Assembly (NCBI GenBank): GCA_038147085.1
Contig: JAYQSV010000001.1
Span: 874,578-938,577 of the forward strand
From: Candidatus Actinomarina sp.
Lineage (GTDB): Bacteria > Actinomycetota > Acidimicrobiia > Actinomarinales > Actinomarinaceae
DNA length: 64,000 nucleotides
Direction of reading: 5' to 3'
Below, in pieces: positions 54,299 through 63,713 of this stretch. The position numbers were made by a program, and so were the translations under genes. The notes below the pieces were generated by a model that ran no database searches, was not told the origin of the DNA, and saw nothing but the letters and a program-made list of their open reading frames with translations. Within the stretch, counting starts at the first letter, position 1. Each line of letters starts with the position of its first letter.

Positions 54299-54651
54299 GT
54301 TTATTCATTAGAGAAGATTTCATATCACATGCTGGCCTTCCTTTAACTTGGAAAGTAGAATGTGATGCTTTAACGGAAGCAGATTATATTGCTCTTGCCA
54401 AAATTGTAAGTGAAAAAATAAAATTTAGAGATGTTATTGGAATTCCTAGAGGAGGTATTCCATTTGAAAAAGCATTAAAACCTTATGCTACATTATCTAA
54501 ATCTGATCCATTACTCATTTGTGATGATGTTTATACAACTGGAACTTCAATGAGGGAAGTTTATGAGGATGGTGCAATTGGAATTGTTGTGTTTGCAAGA
54601 AATAAAATTTCAGATGATTGGGTTAAAGCAATCTGGACTTTGTCGATTTAA
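54295..54651 (+). CDS. 118-aa minimal type I phosphoribosyltransferase-domain protein in the pyrE position
   Basis: PRPP-binding loop PLLICDDVYTTGTS and GIPRGGIPFEKA. The N-terminus FISHAGLPLTWKVECDAL weakly resembles the OPRTase N-terminus. It lacks the usual flexible Lys loop. Confidence 0.5.
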   Translation: MSLFIREDFISHAGLPLTWKVECDALTEADYIALAKIVSEKIKFRDVIGIPRGGIPFEKALKPYATLSKSDPLLICDDVYTTGTSMREVYEDGAIGIVVFARNKISDDWVKAIWTLSI

Positions 54652-55082
54652 TTTTCTATTTTTTTAATTCTTCTGGAATACTTTTCATCCATTAAAAGAC
54701 TTGATGACAAGAAGCTTTGAACAATTTTTACAGCAGTTTCCTTGTCAACATTTTTGGAACCTAGGCACAAAACATTTGCATTATTGTGCTCAACACTTTG
54801 TTTAGCTGTTGCAATATCAACAACATTAGCAGCACGTATACCTTTAAATTTGTTTGCAGCAATACTCATACCAACCCCCGTACCACAAATTAACACTCCT
54901 TTGTAATTTGAATTTTTTTGTATTAAAGAACAAACTTTTTCCGAGTAATCAGGAAAATCACAACTCTCATTACTGTCTGTACCCAGATCAACAATGTTAA
55001 ATTCATCACTTAATTTTGAGATTAAAAATTCTTTGAGTTCAAATCCTGCATGGTCAGAACCAAAAACTAATTCTTTATCCAT
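54648..55082 (-). CDS. rpiB: Ribose-5-phosphate isomerase B
   Basis: Motifs FGSDHAGFELK and ICGTGVGMSIAANK. 144 aa. Confidence 0.88.
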   Translation of the reverse strand: MDKELVFGSDHAGFELKEFLISKLSDEFNIVDLGTDSNESCDFPDYSEKVCSLIQKNSNYKGVLICGTGVGMSIAANKFKGIRAANVVDIATAKQSVEHNNANVLCLGSKNVDKETAVKIVQSFLSSSLLMDEKYSRRIKKIEN

Positions 55083-56450
55083 TTAAATTAGTTTGGTTAT
55101 ATCCAAAAGATTATCTATTTCTTCTTCAGAAAGTAATCTTTTTTCAAGCAGAACATCTTTAATTGTCTTATTTAGTTTCATTGCTTCTTTAGCAACTTCA
55201 GCCGCTTTGTCATACCCAATTTGTGGAACTAAAGCAGTTACTAAAATTGAATTTTTTTGGACATTGTTTGCTAATTTTTCAGTATTAGGTGTTAAATCGC
55301 GTATTAATTTCTCCTCAAAAATATTTAAACTTGACCCTAATAGATTTATGCTCTCAAGAATATTGTGAGCCATAATTGGAAGCATAGTGTTGAGTTCAAA
55401 ATTACCACTTGAAGACGCAAAAGCAATAGTTTGATCATTACCAATGATTTGTGCAGAAACTTGCATCATCATTTCAGGAATTACAGGGTTAACTTTCCCT
55501 GGCATTATTGAAGAACCAGGTTGTAATGCTGGTATGTTTAATTCATTTAAACCAGAAACTGGACCACTCCCCATCCATCTAATATCATTTGAAATTTTAA
55601 ACATAGAAATAGCTAATGCTCTTAATGCAGCAGATAGTTGTACAATTTCTTCTCTCGAGCCTTGTCTCGTAAAATGATTTTCTATTTCGGTAAAGTCAAC
55701 TTGTAATGATTTACTAAGTGAACTGGCTACATCTGCACCAAAATTAGAAGGTGCATTAATTCCAGTACCAACTGCTGTACCTCCAATTGCAAGTTTTTTA
55801 ACATTTTCTAGGGAATGCAAAATATCAGATTTTCTTTCAGATATTAAAGCTGCATAACCAGAAAATTCTTGTCCCAATGTCACGGGTGTTGCATCCATCA
55901 AATGTGTTTTTCCATTTTTGTATACTTCATTCCAAATTTGTCCTTTGTTTGCTAATGAAGAAATTAATTTATCTAAATTAGGTAAAAGTTTTTCATTAAT
56001 ATCTAACACTGCAGCAATATTCGTTGCGGTAGGAATAACATCATTTGAAGACTGACTCATATTTACATGGTCGTTAGGATGAATACTTACTTTAGAATTG
56101 GAGTTTGCAAGCTTAGCAATAACTTCATTAGCATTCATATTTGTTGAAGTTCCAGATCCAGTTTGAAAAATATCAATTACAAAATCTTTATCATATTTAC
56201 CACTAATAACTTCCTCTGCAGCTTTGACTATTGAGTTAGCCATTTCTTGGTTTAGAAGTTGATTATCTAAATTTACTAATGCAGCAGCTTTTTTTATTTC
56301 ACCTAGCGCTCTGATAAAAGTTCTAGTAAATTTTAAATTTGAAATTGGGAAGTTTTCTACTGCTCTAGCAGTTGATGCCCCGTAGTTAGCATCTTCGGGG
56401 ACTTTAAATTCTCCCATAGAGTCTTTTTCAATTCTATATTTTTTTTCCAT
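55083..56450 (-). CDS. fumC: Class II fumarate hydratase (actinobacterial type)
   Basis: Motifs GSSIMPGKVNPVIPE, SGNFELN, MAHNILES, LVTALVPQIGYDKAAEVAKEA, and ENFPIS at the N-terminus. As I recall it, this pattern matches mycobacterial Fum better than AspA. Confidence 0.8.
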   Translation of the reverse strand: MEKKYRIEKDSMGEFKVPEDANYGASTARAVENFPISNLKFTRTFIRALGEIKKAAALVNLDNQLLNQEMANSIVKAAEEVISGKYDKDFVIDIFQTGSGTSTNMNANEVIAKLANSNSKVSIHPNDHVNMSQSSNDVIPTATNIAAVLDINEKLLPNLDKLISSLANKGQIWNEVYKNGKTHLMDATPVTLGQEFSGYAALISERKSDILHSLENVKKLAIGGTAVGTGINAPSNFGADVASSLSKSLQVDFTEIENHFTRQGSREEIVQLSAALRALAISMFKISNDIRWMGSGPVSGLNELNIPALQPGSSIMPGKVNPVIPEMMMQVSAQIIGNDQTIAFASSSGNFELNTMLPIMAHNILESINLLGSSLNIFEEKLIRDLTPNTEKLANNVQKNSILVTALVPQIGYDKAAEVAKEAMKLNKTIKDVLLEKRLLSEEEIDNLLDITKLI

Positions 56451-57154
56451 TATGCTTCTTGATATTGAGTGTATCCACCTGAATCAACTTCTTCAATAAG
56501 TTCTTCTCCGCCAGATTTTACGACGTTACCTTTTACAACAATATGAACTTTATCTACTTTTAGATATTTCAATATTCTGGAATAATGCGTAACAAGCAAA
56601 TAGGAGGTTTCCTCATCTCTGTTTTCATTGATTAAATTTGCAACTGTTTTAATAGCATCAATATCTAAGCCAGAATCAATTTCATCAAGAAGTGCTAATT
56701 TTGGCTTTTTAAGTGCTAATTGAAACAATTCTGCTCTCTTTTTCTCTCCACCAGATAAATCAACATTAACATCTCTCTCTAAAAATTTTTTAACATTGAA
56801 TTTCTCTGCAGTAGCATAAATTATTTCATCATCTAATTCTGGATTTGATGACTTAATAAATTCGTACAATGATACTCCTGGCAAACCTTGAGGGTATTGA
56901 AAAGATTGAAAAAGACCAGCTTTAGAGCGTTCAAATTGCTGTTTATCAAGCAGACTAACATCATCTAACATTACTGACCCATCTGCTTTGTATTCGGTAT
57001 TTCCCATTAGAACATGGCACAAAGTTGACTTACCTGATCCATTAGGACCCATTATGGCATGCAGTTCTCCTTTATTAATGTTTAAATCAACACCATTTAA
57101 TATTTGAACTTCACCTATTGAAGCTTTTAAGTTTTTAACTTCAAGCATGTTCAT
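56450..57154 (-). CDS. sufC: Fe-S cluster assembly ATPase SufC (copy 2, in the sufBD operon)
   Basis: Motifs GPNGSGKST, LSGGEKKRAELFQ, LDEIDSGLD and THYSRILKYL. The stop overlaps the fumC start (TAATG). Confidence 0.88.
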   Translation of the reverse strand: MNMLEVKNLKASIGEVQILNGVDLNINKGELHAIMGPNGSGKSTLCHVLMGNTEYKADGSVMLDDVSLLDKQQFERSKAGLFQSFQYPQGLPGVSLYEFIKSSNPELDDEIIYATAEKFNVKKFLERDVNVDLSGGEKKRAELFQLALKKPKLALLDEIDSGLDIDAIKTVANLINENRDEETSYLLVTHYSRILKYLKVDKVHIVVKGNVVKSGGEELIEEVDSGGYTQYQEA

Positions 57155-57446
57155 CCTTAATAACTATTTGATCTCCTTCAATAGAAACTTTATAAACTTT
57201 TACGGGTTTTGTAGCTGGCAAAGTTAATGGATTACCTGTATTTAAATCAAATTCCGCACCATGAAGGGGGCACTCTACTTTACAATCATAAACTTCACCT
57301 TCTGAAAGCTTTGCTTCTGCATGAGAACAACGATTGTTTAGTGCAAAATAATCATCTTCTATTTTAAATACAACAACTTCTTGATCTTCTATAAGTACAG
57401 TTACTAATGAATTGTCATCAAAATTTGAAATAGGAATACTAATCAT
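57141..57446 (-). CDS. Rieske [2Fe-2S] ferredoxin-like protein
   Basis: Rieske ligand motifs CSH ...(x16)... CPLHG. It sits between sufD and sufC, as in other actinobacterial suf operons. Confidence 0.85.
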   Translation of the reverse strand: MISIPISNFDDNSLVTVLIEDQEVVVFKIEDDYFALNNRCSHAEAKLSEGEVYDCKVECPLHGAEFDLNTGNPLTLPATKPVKVYKVSIEGDQIVIKDEHA

Positions 57447-57451
57447 TTCTA

Positions 57452-58606
57452 TTATTTACCTTTTCTTACTTTGACGTATTTATCTAGAATAGTTTTGGCA
57501 ACAGTCTTAGATATTTCTTCCCATCCATCTTGTTTAAGAACTTCATTGAAAAAACCATTTATTAATAACTTTTCAGCATCTTCTCGTTCAATTCCTCGAG
57601 ACATCACATAATGGAATAATTTTTCTTCTAATGGACCAACTGAAGATCCGTGACCACAAATAACATCATCACATAGTATTTCTAGGTTTGGTACAGACTG
57701 TGCGCTTGCTGTATCACTTAATAATATATTTCTATTTTCTTGATGCGATTCTGTTTTCTCTGCACCTTCGGCAATATGTATTGTTCCTGTAAAAACCGAC
57801 TTACTACTATCTCCTAAAACACCTTTGGTTAACATATTTGACGTTGTTCTCTTTGCAATATGGTTAACAAATACTCTATTGTCGTGAATTTGACTTTTTT
57901 CACCAAAATATACTCCATCAATTAGAAAGTTTGATCCATCTCCTTTTAAGTCAACATCAATTCTGTTTCTAGAAAACTTACCTCCAGTACTAACAGTGTG
58001 TATTTTTAAACTTGCATCTTTTGATAACTCAGCAAATATAGTATTAATTATTTCAATTTCACTTTCAGTACTCGTATTAACAATTAATTCAAGGGAAGAA
58101 TTTTCTTCCCCAAAAACTTCAATTATTGGAAAAGCATTTCCTTTAAGATTTTCTCCAAAATTTAATAAGATTTTTGAAGTTACATTTTTACAACTACGAA
58201 TTCCAAGATAAGGAACAATTAAACCTTTTGAATGAAAATCAACCTTAATTGTGTCTTCATTACTATTTTTAAGATTCAATATGAAACCGCCAGTGCATTT
58301 TTGATATTGTTGTGCAATGAATCTATCTAGAGGACGTTTGTAATAATCACTAACTAATTGGGTGGTTGAAGAATTTATGTCTTCTGCATCATAGTTATTT
58401 GATTCTTTAATAATAAACATTGAACCATTTGAAATAATATCGAATTCATCATTCTCTATTAAATTTGTAAAACTACTTACAGGACTAAAGTCGTTTATTG
58501 TATCAGCAATATCGGTATACTTCCAATCTTCATCTTTTGCTGAAATTTTATCAATATCCTCAAAAGATTTAGACATAACAGATTTACTAAATGTTTTTAA
58601 ATTCAA
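57452..58606 (-). CDS. sufD: Fe-S cluster assembly protein SufD
   Basis: 384 aa with a SufB/SufD beta-helix family C-terminus (...GHGSSVGPLEEKLFHYVMSRGI...). It follows sufB. Confidence 0.85.
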   Translation of the reverse strand: MNLKTFSKSVMSKSFEDIDKISAKDEDWKYTDIADTINDFSPVSSFTNLIENDEFDIISNGSMFIIKESNNYDAEDINSSTTQLVSDYYKRPLDRFIAQQYQKCTGGFILNLKNSNEDTIKVDFHSKGLIVPYLGIRSCKNVTSKILLNFGENLKGNAFPIIEVFGEENSSLELIVNTSTESEIEIINTIFAELSKDASLKIHTVSTGGKFSRNRIDVDLKGDGSNFLIDGVYFGEKSQIHDNRVFVNHIAKRTTSNMLTKGVLGDSSKSVFTGTIHIAEGAEKTESHQENRNILLSDTASAQSVPNLEILCDDVICGHGSSVGPLEEKLFHYVMSRGIEREDAEKLLINGFFNEVLKQDGWEEISKTVAKTILDKYVKVRKGK

Positions 58607-58617
58607 TTTTTTAGACT

Positions 58618-60027
58618 CTAACCAATCGCGCCGGCTTCAATCATGTTTAGTTCAATTAATTTATTAAACTCCATCGCATATTCCATAGGTAGAGTTTTAG
58701 TGAACTCTTCAACAAATCCTGCAACAATCATTGACGTTGCCTCAGCTTCAGACAAACCTCTACTCATCAAATAAAATAATTGATCTTCACCAACTTTTGA
58801 TACTGTTGCCTCGTGACCAATTTCTGCTGTTGATTCTTCAATCTCCATATAGGGATAAGTATCCGATCTAGATTTATCATCCAAAATTAATGCATCACAA
58901 CGAACAAAACTTTTTGCAGTTTCTGATCCATCTTCAACACGGACTAATCCTCGATACGCTCCTCTACCTCCACCTTTTGATATTGATTTAGAAGTAATCA
59001 AAGAAGTAGTGTTAGGTGCAAGGTGTACCATCTTGGCACCAGTGTCTTGATGTTGACCAGAGTTTGCAAAAGCTACTGATAAAACTTCGCCATGAGCTCC
59101 TGGTTCCATCAGGTATACGGAAGGATACTTAACAGTTAATGAAGATCCAATATTTGCATCAATCCATTCCATAGTTGCATTAGCAAATGCTTGAGCTCTT
59201 TTTGTTACTAGATTGAAAACATCATTTGACCAATTTTGTATTGTTGTATACCTACATGTACCTGAAGGCTTTACAATTATTTCAACAACTGCTGAATGAA
59301 GCGAATCTGTTGAATAAACAGGTGCTGAACATCCTTCAATATAATGAACTGAGGCACCTTCATCGACAATAATTAATGTTCTTTCAAATTGACCCATGTT
59401 TTGAGCATTAATTCTAAAATATGCCTGCAATGGATCTTCAACGTGTACACCTTTTGGTACATAAATGAATGACCCACCTGACCATACAGCAGAATTCAAA
59501 GCCGCAAATTTATTATCACCTGGAGGAATTACTGTGCCAAAATATTCTTTAACAAGCTCTGGATATTCACGAACTGCAGTATCCATATCACAAAAAAGAA
59601 CCCCAAGTTTTTCAAGATCTTCTCTATTTTTGTGATAAACAACTTCACTTTCATATTGAGCCGTGACTCCAGCTAAATAAGTTCTTTCTGCTTCTGGTAT
59701 ACCTAATTTTTCATATGTTTGTTTAATTTCTTCAGGAACCATATCCCATGAATCTGCCTGATTTTCTGTAGGTTTTATATAGTAATAAATGTCATCAAAA
59801 TCTAAAGTATCTAATTTTTCTTTAGCTACCCAATTAGGCATTGGTTTTTCGAGGAATCTTTTATATGATTTTAATCTAAAATCAAGCATCCACTCTGGTT
59901 CTTCTTTAATCTCAGACATTTTACGAATAATTTCTTCATTTAATCCTTTTTCAGGCTTGAAGACATTTTTTTCTGGATCAGACCACCCAAGTGAATATTT
60001 ACCTAAATCTATATCAATATTTGCCAT
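58618..60027 (-). CDS. sufB: Fe-S cluster assembly scaffold SufB
   Basis: 469 aa with highly conserved SufB sequence (...[31 protein letters not shown]...). Confidence 0.93.
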   Translation of the reverse strand: MANIDIDLGKYSLGWSDPEKNVFKPEKGLNEEIIRKMSEIKEEPEWMLDFRLKSYKRFLEKPMPNWVAKEKLDTLDFDDIYYYIKPTENQADSWDMVPEEIKQTYEKLGIPEAERTYLAGVTAQYESEVVYHKNREDLEKLGVLFCDMDTAVREYPELVKEYFGTVIPPGDNKFAALNSAVWSGGSFIYVPKGVHVEDPLQAYFRINAQNMGQFERTLIIVDEGASVHYIEGCSAPVYSTDSLHSAVVEIIVKPSGTCRYTTIQNWSNDVFNLVTKRAQAFANATMEWIDANIGSSLTVKYPSVYLMEPGAHGEVLSVAFANSGQHQDTGAKMVHLAPNTTSLITSKSISKGGGRGAYRGLVRVEDGSETAKSFVRCDALILDDKSRSDTYPYMEIEESTAEIGHEATVSKVGEDQLFYLMSRGLSEAEATSMIVAGFVEEFTKTLPMEYAMEFNKLIELNMIEAGAIG

Positions 60028-60033
60028 AATTTT

Positions 60034-60039
60034 ATATTA
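60034..60039 (-). promoter_or_regulatory. -10-like hexamer TAATAT, 6 nt upstream of the sufB ATG
   Basis: The minus strand reads TAATAT-aaaatt-ATG. There is no SD. Confidence 0.4.
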
Positions 60040-60093
60040 CTAATGTATTGATTCAATCTATAAAGTAAACTGCCAATTATTTCATAAAATAAT

Positions 60094-60099
60094 TATCAT
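60094..60099 (+). promoter_or_regulatory. -10-like hexamer TATCAT, 7 nt upstream of the ATG at 60107
   Basis: Reads AAAATAATTATCAT-ttttgat-ATG. There is no SD. Confidence 0.4.
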
Positions 60100-60106
60100 T
60101 TTTGAT

Positions 60107-60547
60107 ATGCCAGCAATATTTGTTAATCCGATAAATGAGTACCATTTAAATTTGTTAAAAGATTTAAATAATCAAAACCAAGATTTAAGGGTATTTGTAT
60201 CAGACAATCAATCAAAAGAATTTACTGAGTTGATACCAGGCAAAAAAGCAATCGGCGATATAAAAGATGACTCACATATTTCAACTGCTTGTCATGGTGC
60301 CTTTTGTTCAATCTATTTTGAAGATGATTTAGATAATTTAAGAGAAGTATTCATTAAATCAATTGATAACTCAAGTACCAGTAGGATAATTTGGATTTCA
60401 AAATTTGATCCAAGCAATGAGATTTTAAAAATTAAGAATCTAATTTATGTTTTGATTGATTCAGATACTGATTATTTAAATACAATTCTTGAGCTGGAAA
60501 ATGCTGAAAATATAGTACGAAATTTAATTGATTTAAAAAACGTTTAA
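60107..60547 (+). CDS. Hypothetical protein (146 aa); resembles the N-terminal half of an atypical SDR/NmrA fold without the glycine motif
   Basis: The pattern IFV..(no GxxGxxG)..LRVFVSD....GDIKDD..I..A..G...I is only a weak resemblance. Confidence 0.35.
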   Translation: MPAIFVNPINEYHLNLLKDLNNQNQDLRVFVSDNQSKEFTELIPGKKAIGDIKDDSHISTACHGAFCSIYFEDDLDNLREVFIKSIDNSSTSRIIWISKFDPSNEILKIKNLIYVLIDSDTDYLNTILELENAENIVRNLIDLKNV

Positions 60548-61129
60548 TCCTGGTTTCTTTGGCGCATTGAAGCTTAATTCAAATCTTTCGAAGCTTGCTT
60601 TAATATATTTAAATATATCTTGAGATACACCTCTATATCTTAATTCAAAATGTACATGTGGAATTGTCCCTTCAGCATTACCTGAATCTCCTACAAAACC
60701 AATTACTTGACCCCCAACTACATTTGCTCCAAGGTAAATTTTATCTGCAAAAGCAGTCTCGAAGCCTCCTAAGTTGTCATTTCCAATAATGTCATCATTA
60801 AGGTGTACATATAATGACAACCATCCATTGCCGTGATCAATTGCTATGTAATACCCAGATGCTTCTGTATAAGCAATTGTATTGACGACGCCATCTGCTA
60901 TAGCAACAATAGGTGTTCCTTTACTTGATCTAATATCTAAACCTTCATGAACCCTATTGCCATTTCCACGAATTTCATACCAGTCATCATAAAAATGAGA
61001 CATGATGTTTTTAACTGGAAAAACAATATTTTCAAGAAAAGCTGTGTGAGATGCAGTGGCTGTTAATGGTAAGTTTAAAATATTTAAAACTACTACAGTA
61101 AAAATGACTTTATTGGACCATTTTTTCAT
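60533..61129 (-). CDS. Secreted M23 family metallopeptidase
   Basis: Signal peptide, an HxxxD motif (HEGLDI), and an HxH motif (HVHFEL). Confidence 0.85.
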   Translation of the reverse strand: MKKWSNKVIFTVVVLNILNLPLTATASHTAFLENIVFPVKNIMSHFYDDWYEIRGNGNRVHEGLDIRSSKGTPIVAIADGVVNTIAYTEASGYYIAIDHGNGWLSLYVHLNDDIIGNDNLGGFETAFADKIYLGANVVGGQVIGFVGDSGNAEGTIPHVHFELRYRGVSQDIFKYIKASFERFELSFNAPKKPGLNVF

Positions 61130-61159
61130 TAAATCATTTTAAAACTGTAAAATTTAAAT

Positions 61160-61999
61160 GTGGAAAAAAAATCAAATTTTAAAATAGGTTCTGGTTCTAG
61201 AAAAGGTTTTGTTTCTAAATTTCAAAGTGAAAATCCAGTGATTGAAGTTTCTGAAGAAAACAATGTTTTGCAAATAAAAAACATCATTTTCAACAAAAGT
61301 TCAGAAGATATGTCTGAACTTATTGATAATTCAATCAGTCTAACTGTCACTTCTCCTCCTTATAACATTGGAAAAGAAAGTGATTTAAATTTAACTGATG
61401 ATGAATATTGGGGCCTAATGACCAAAGTTTTTAGGGAAACTTATAGAGTTACAAAGTCTGGTGGTAGGGTTGTTATTAATGTAGCAAATTTAGGAAGAAA
61501 GCCATACATTCCGATTGCAAATCAGTTTACACAATTACTTATTGAAATTGGTTTCTTAATGAGAGGTGAGATAATTTGGCAAAAATCAAAAGGCGCTAAT
61601 GCAAATTTTGCATGGGGAAGTTGGCTATCTGCATCTAACCCCGTAATTAGAGATATACACGAATATTGTTTAGTGTTCTCTAAACACTCATTTAAAAATG
61701 AATCGGATAATAAATCCACAATTACAAAAGAGGAATTTATGGAATCTACACTTTCTATATGGAATATACTTCCAGCTAGAGCAAAGAAAATTGGTCATCC
61801 TGCACCATTTCCTGTTGAGCTTCCACAAAAATTCATAAATCTATATAGTTTTGAAAATGATATTATTTTAGACCCATTCTTGGGAAGTGGTACAACTGCT
61901 ATAGCAGCACTAAATAGCAAAAGATCATATATTGGTTATGAAATAAATCAAACTTATATTGAAATAGCAAAAAATAGGATTAAAAACGAAGCTAGTTAG
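61160..61999 (+). CDS. Beta-class DNA methyltransferase (SPPY motif IV before FxGxG motif I), probably N4-cytosine; no adjacent endonuclease
   Basis: Motifs LTVTSPPYN, HPAPFPVELPQKFI and ILDPFLGSGTTAIAA. GTG start. Confidence 0.8.
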   Translation: MEKKSNFKIGSGSRKGFVSKFQSENPVIEVSEENNVLQIKNIIFNKSSEDMSELIDNSISLTVTSPPYNIGKESDLNLTDDEYWGLMTKVFRETYRVTKSGGRVVINVANLGRKPYIPIANQFTQLLIEIGFLMRGEIIWQKSKGANANFAWGSWLSASNPVIRDIHEYCLVFSKHSFKNESDNKSTITKEEFMESTLSIWNILPARAKKIGHPAPFPVELPQKFINLYSFENDIILDPFLGSGTTAIAALNSKRSYIGYEINQTYIEIAKNRIKNEAS

Positions 62000-63713
62000 C
62001 TAAATCCCAAGCAGAAAATAGCTCTTTATATGTTTCATTGTCTGAAAGTAAATTTTTATGGTTATCAAAACCTAACAACTGGCCGTCTTCCATAACAAGG
62101 ATTTTTTGTGCGTTTAAAATTGTTTCAAGCCTGTGTGCAATAACCACAGAGGTTTGGTTTAATAATATTTTTTCTGTAGCTTCCAAAATAGAATTTTCAG
62201 TTTCAATATCTAGATTCGCAGTTGCCTCATCAAACACAATGATCTCTCTCTTTGCTAACACAGCTCTAAGCAATGCGATAAATTGTCTCTCGCCCGCAGA
62301 AACATTACCACCTCGTTCTCCTACATCATGTAGTAATCCATCCTCATAACGATTAAACCAATCTAATATCCCGATATCCTCTAGTTCTTTTTCTAACTGG
62401 ATTTTTGATGGATTAGAGTAAATTAAATTATCTTTTATTGAACCTCTAAATAAAAAACTTTCTTGTGGAACATATGCAATATTTTTTCTAGCCCATTTTT
62501 GTGAAACCGATGAGGAAGGTTCATTGTAATACATTACCTGTCCTTTAGTAGGAAGGTAAAAACGTAAAATTAATTTTGCGATTGTACTTTTACCTGCTCC
62601 AGTTTCACCAACAATTGCAATTTTTTCACCTTTATTAATTTGAAATGAAACATCATGTAATACTGTCTCTCTTCCATAAGAAAAATCTACATTTCTAAAT
62701 TCTATGACATTATCAGTGTTCATTTCCGGTGAAATTGAACCGGTATTGCTAAGAACAGGAGATTCATCTAATATTGAAAAGACTTTTTTCATTGAAGATC
62801 CAGCAGACCTTAATAAATCATAGTTGAATGAAAGTTGGATTAAAGGATCAAAGAAATAGTTTAAGTAAAAAAGTAAAGCTACTAACTCACCGACAGTTAA
62901 TGTACCTTCCGTAATTCTTTTTGCAGCAAACCAAATTACAATTGCAATTGAGGTAACCCTAGTAATTTCTAAAAATGGAAAATAAATAGCAATATTTTTA
63001 GCAGATTGCATATTTGCTTTTAAATGTTCGTTATTAACTTTTTTAAATTTATTTAGTTGAGCATTCTCATCTGCATAAGCTTGAATAATTCTTACACCAG
63101 ATATTCCTTCTTGAAGTGATGAAAGAACTTGACCAATCCATTCTCTGACTGACCAATAAGCTTTATCTGCATGTTTTCTAAAAATTTTTGTTGCTATTCC
63201 AAGTAGAGGCAAAATTAAGAAAGATAAAAGAGATAATTTAACATCAACCAAGAAAACTGCAATAGTTGCCCCAAATATAGTTAATAAAGAAGTAATAATG
63301 CTACTTGCACCTTCTCTTGCAAATTCATTTAAACTCTGCATATCTGAGGTCATCCTTGCAACTAAAACCCCAGTCTTATTTTTTTCAAAATAATTTATAT
63401 CTAATGAAGATAAGTGTTTGAATAGCTTAGATCTTATATTTTTAACATAAAGTTCACCAACTAAACCTATAGAAAGAAGAGCTTTACTTGCAACAAAGTA
63501 AAGTGCAATCAAAGTTAAAAAATAATACCCACTTTGAATAAGCAAATAGTTGTAATCAGATTTCATTACACCATCATCAATACCTCTAGAAATTAATTGT
63601 GGACCTATCATACGTATCAAAGTTCCGGCTAAAGCAATTAGTGAGCTCCATAGAAATGGTTTTTTGATCTCTGGAACTAATCTGAAAGATCTAAGAAAAG
63701 TTACATCTTTCAT
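61992..63713 (-). CDS. ABC exporter, fused permease/ATPase (type I exporter half-transporter)
   Basis: Six N-terminal TM helices, Walker A GETGAGKST, signature VSAGERQ, and Walker B IIVFDEATANLD. Confidence 0.88.
   Translation of the reverse strand: MKDVTFLRSFRLVPEIKKPFLWSSLIALAGTLIRMIGPQLISRGIDDGVMKSDYNYLLIQSGYYFLTLIALYFVASKALLSIGLVGELYVKNIRSKLFKHLSSLDINYFEKNKTGVLVARMTSDMQSLNEFAREGASSIITSLLTIFGATIAVFLVDVKLSLLSFLILPLLGIATKIFRKHADKAYWSVREWIGQVLSSLQEGISGVRIIQAYADENAQLNKFKKVNNEHLKANMQSAKNIAIYFPFLEITRVTSIAIVIWFAAKRITEGTLTVGELVALLFYLNYFFDPLIQLSFNYDLLRSAGSSMKKVFSILDESPVLSNTGSISPEMNTDNVIEFRNVDFSYGRETVLHDVSFQINKGEKIAIVGETGAGKSTIAKLILRFYLPTKGQVMYYNEPSSSVSQKWARKNIAYVPQESFLFRGSIKDNLIYSNPSKIQLEKELEDIGILDWFNRYEDGLLHDVGERGGNVSAGERQFIALLRAVLAKREIIVFDEATANLDIETENSILEATEKILLNQTSVVIAHRLETILNAQKILVMEDGQLLGFDNHKNLLSDNETYKELFSAWDLAN

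Noticed and set aside
55083-56450. Calling this gene aspartate ammonia-lyase, because of KVNPVIPE and an AspA-like N-terminus (YGASTARAVENFPIS).
   Set aside because: SGNFELN, MAHNILES and LVTALVPQIGYDKAAEVAKEA match fumarase C. The KVNPVxPE/ENFPIS variants are also what I recall from mycobacterial fumarase. Only an enzymatic or phylogenetic test can settle it fully.
60107-61129. The hypothetical 146-aa protein or the M23 peptidase as the restriction partner of the adjacent methyltransferase.
   Set aside because: The M23 protein has a signal peptide and HxxxD/HxH peptidase motifs. The 146-aa protein shows no PD-(D/E)xK, HNH or GIY-YIG signature, and it looks like a degenerate Rossmann-like half-domain.
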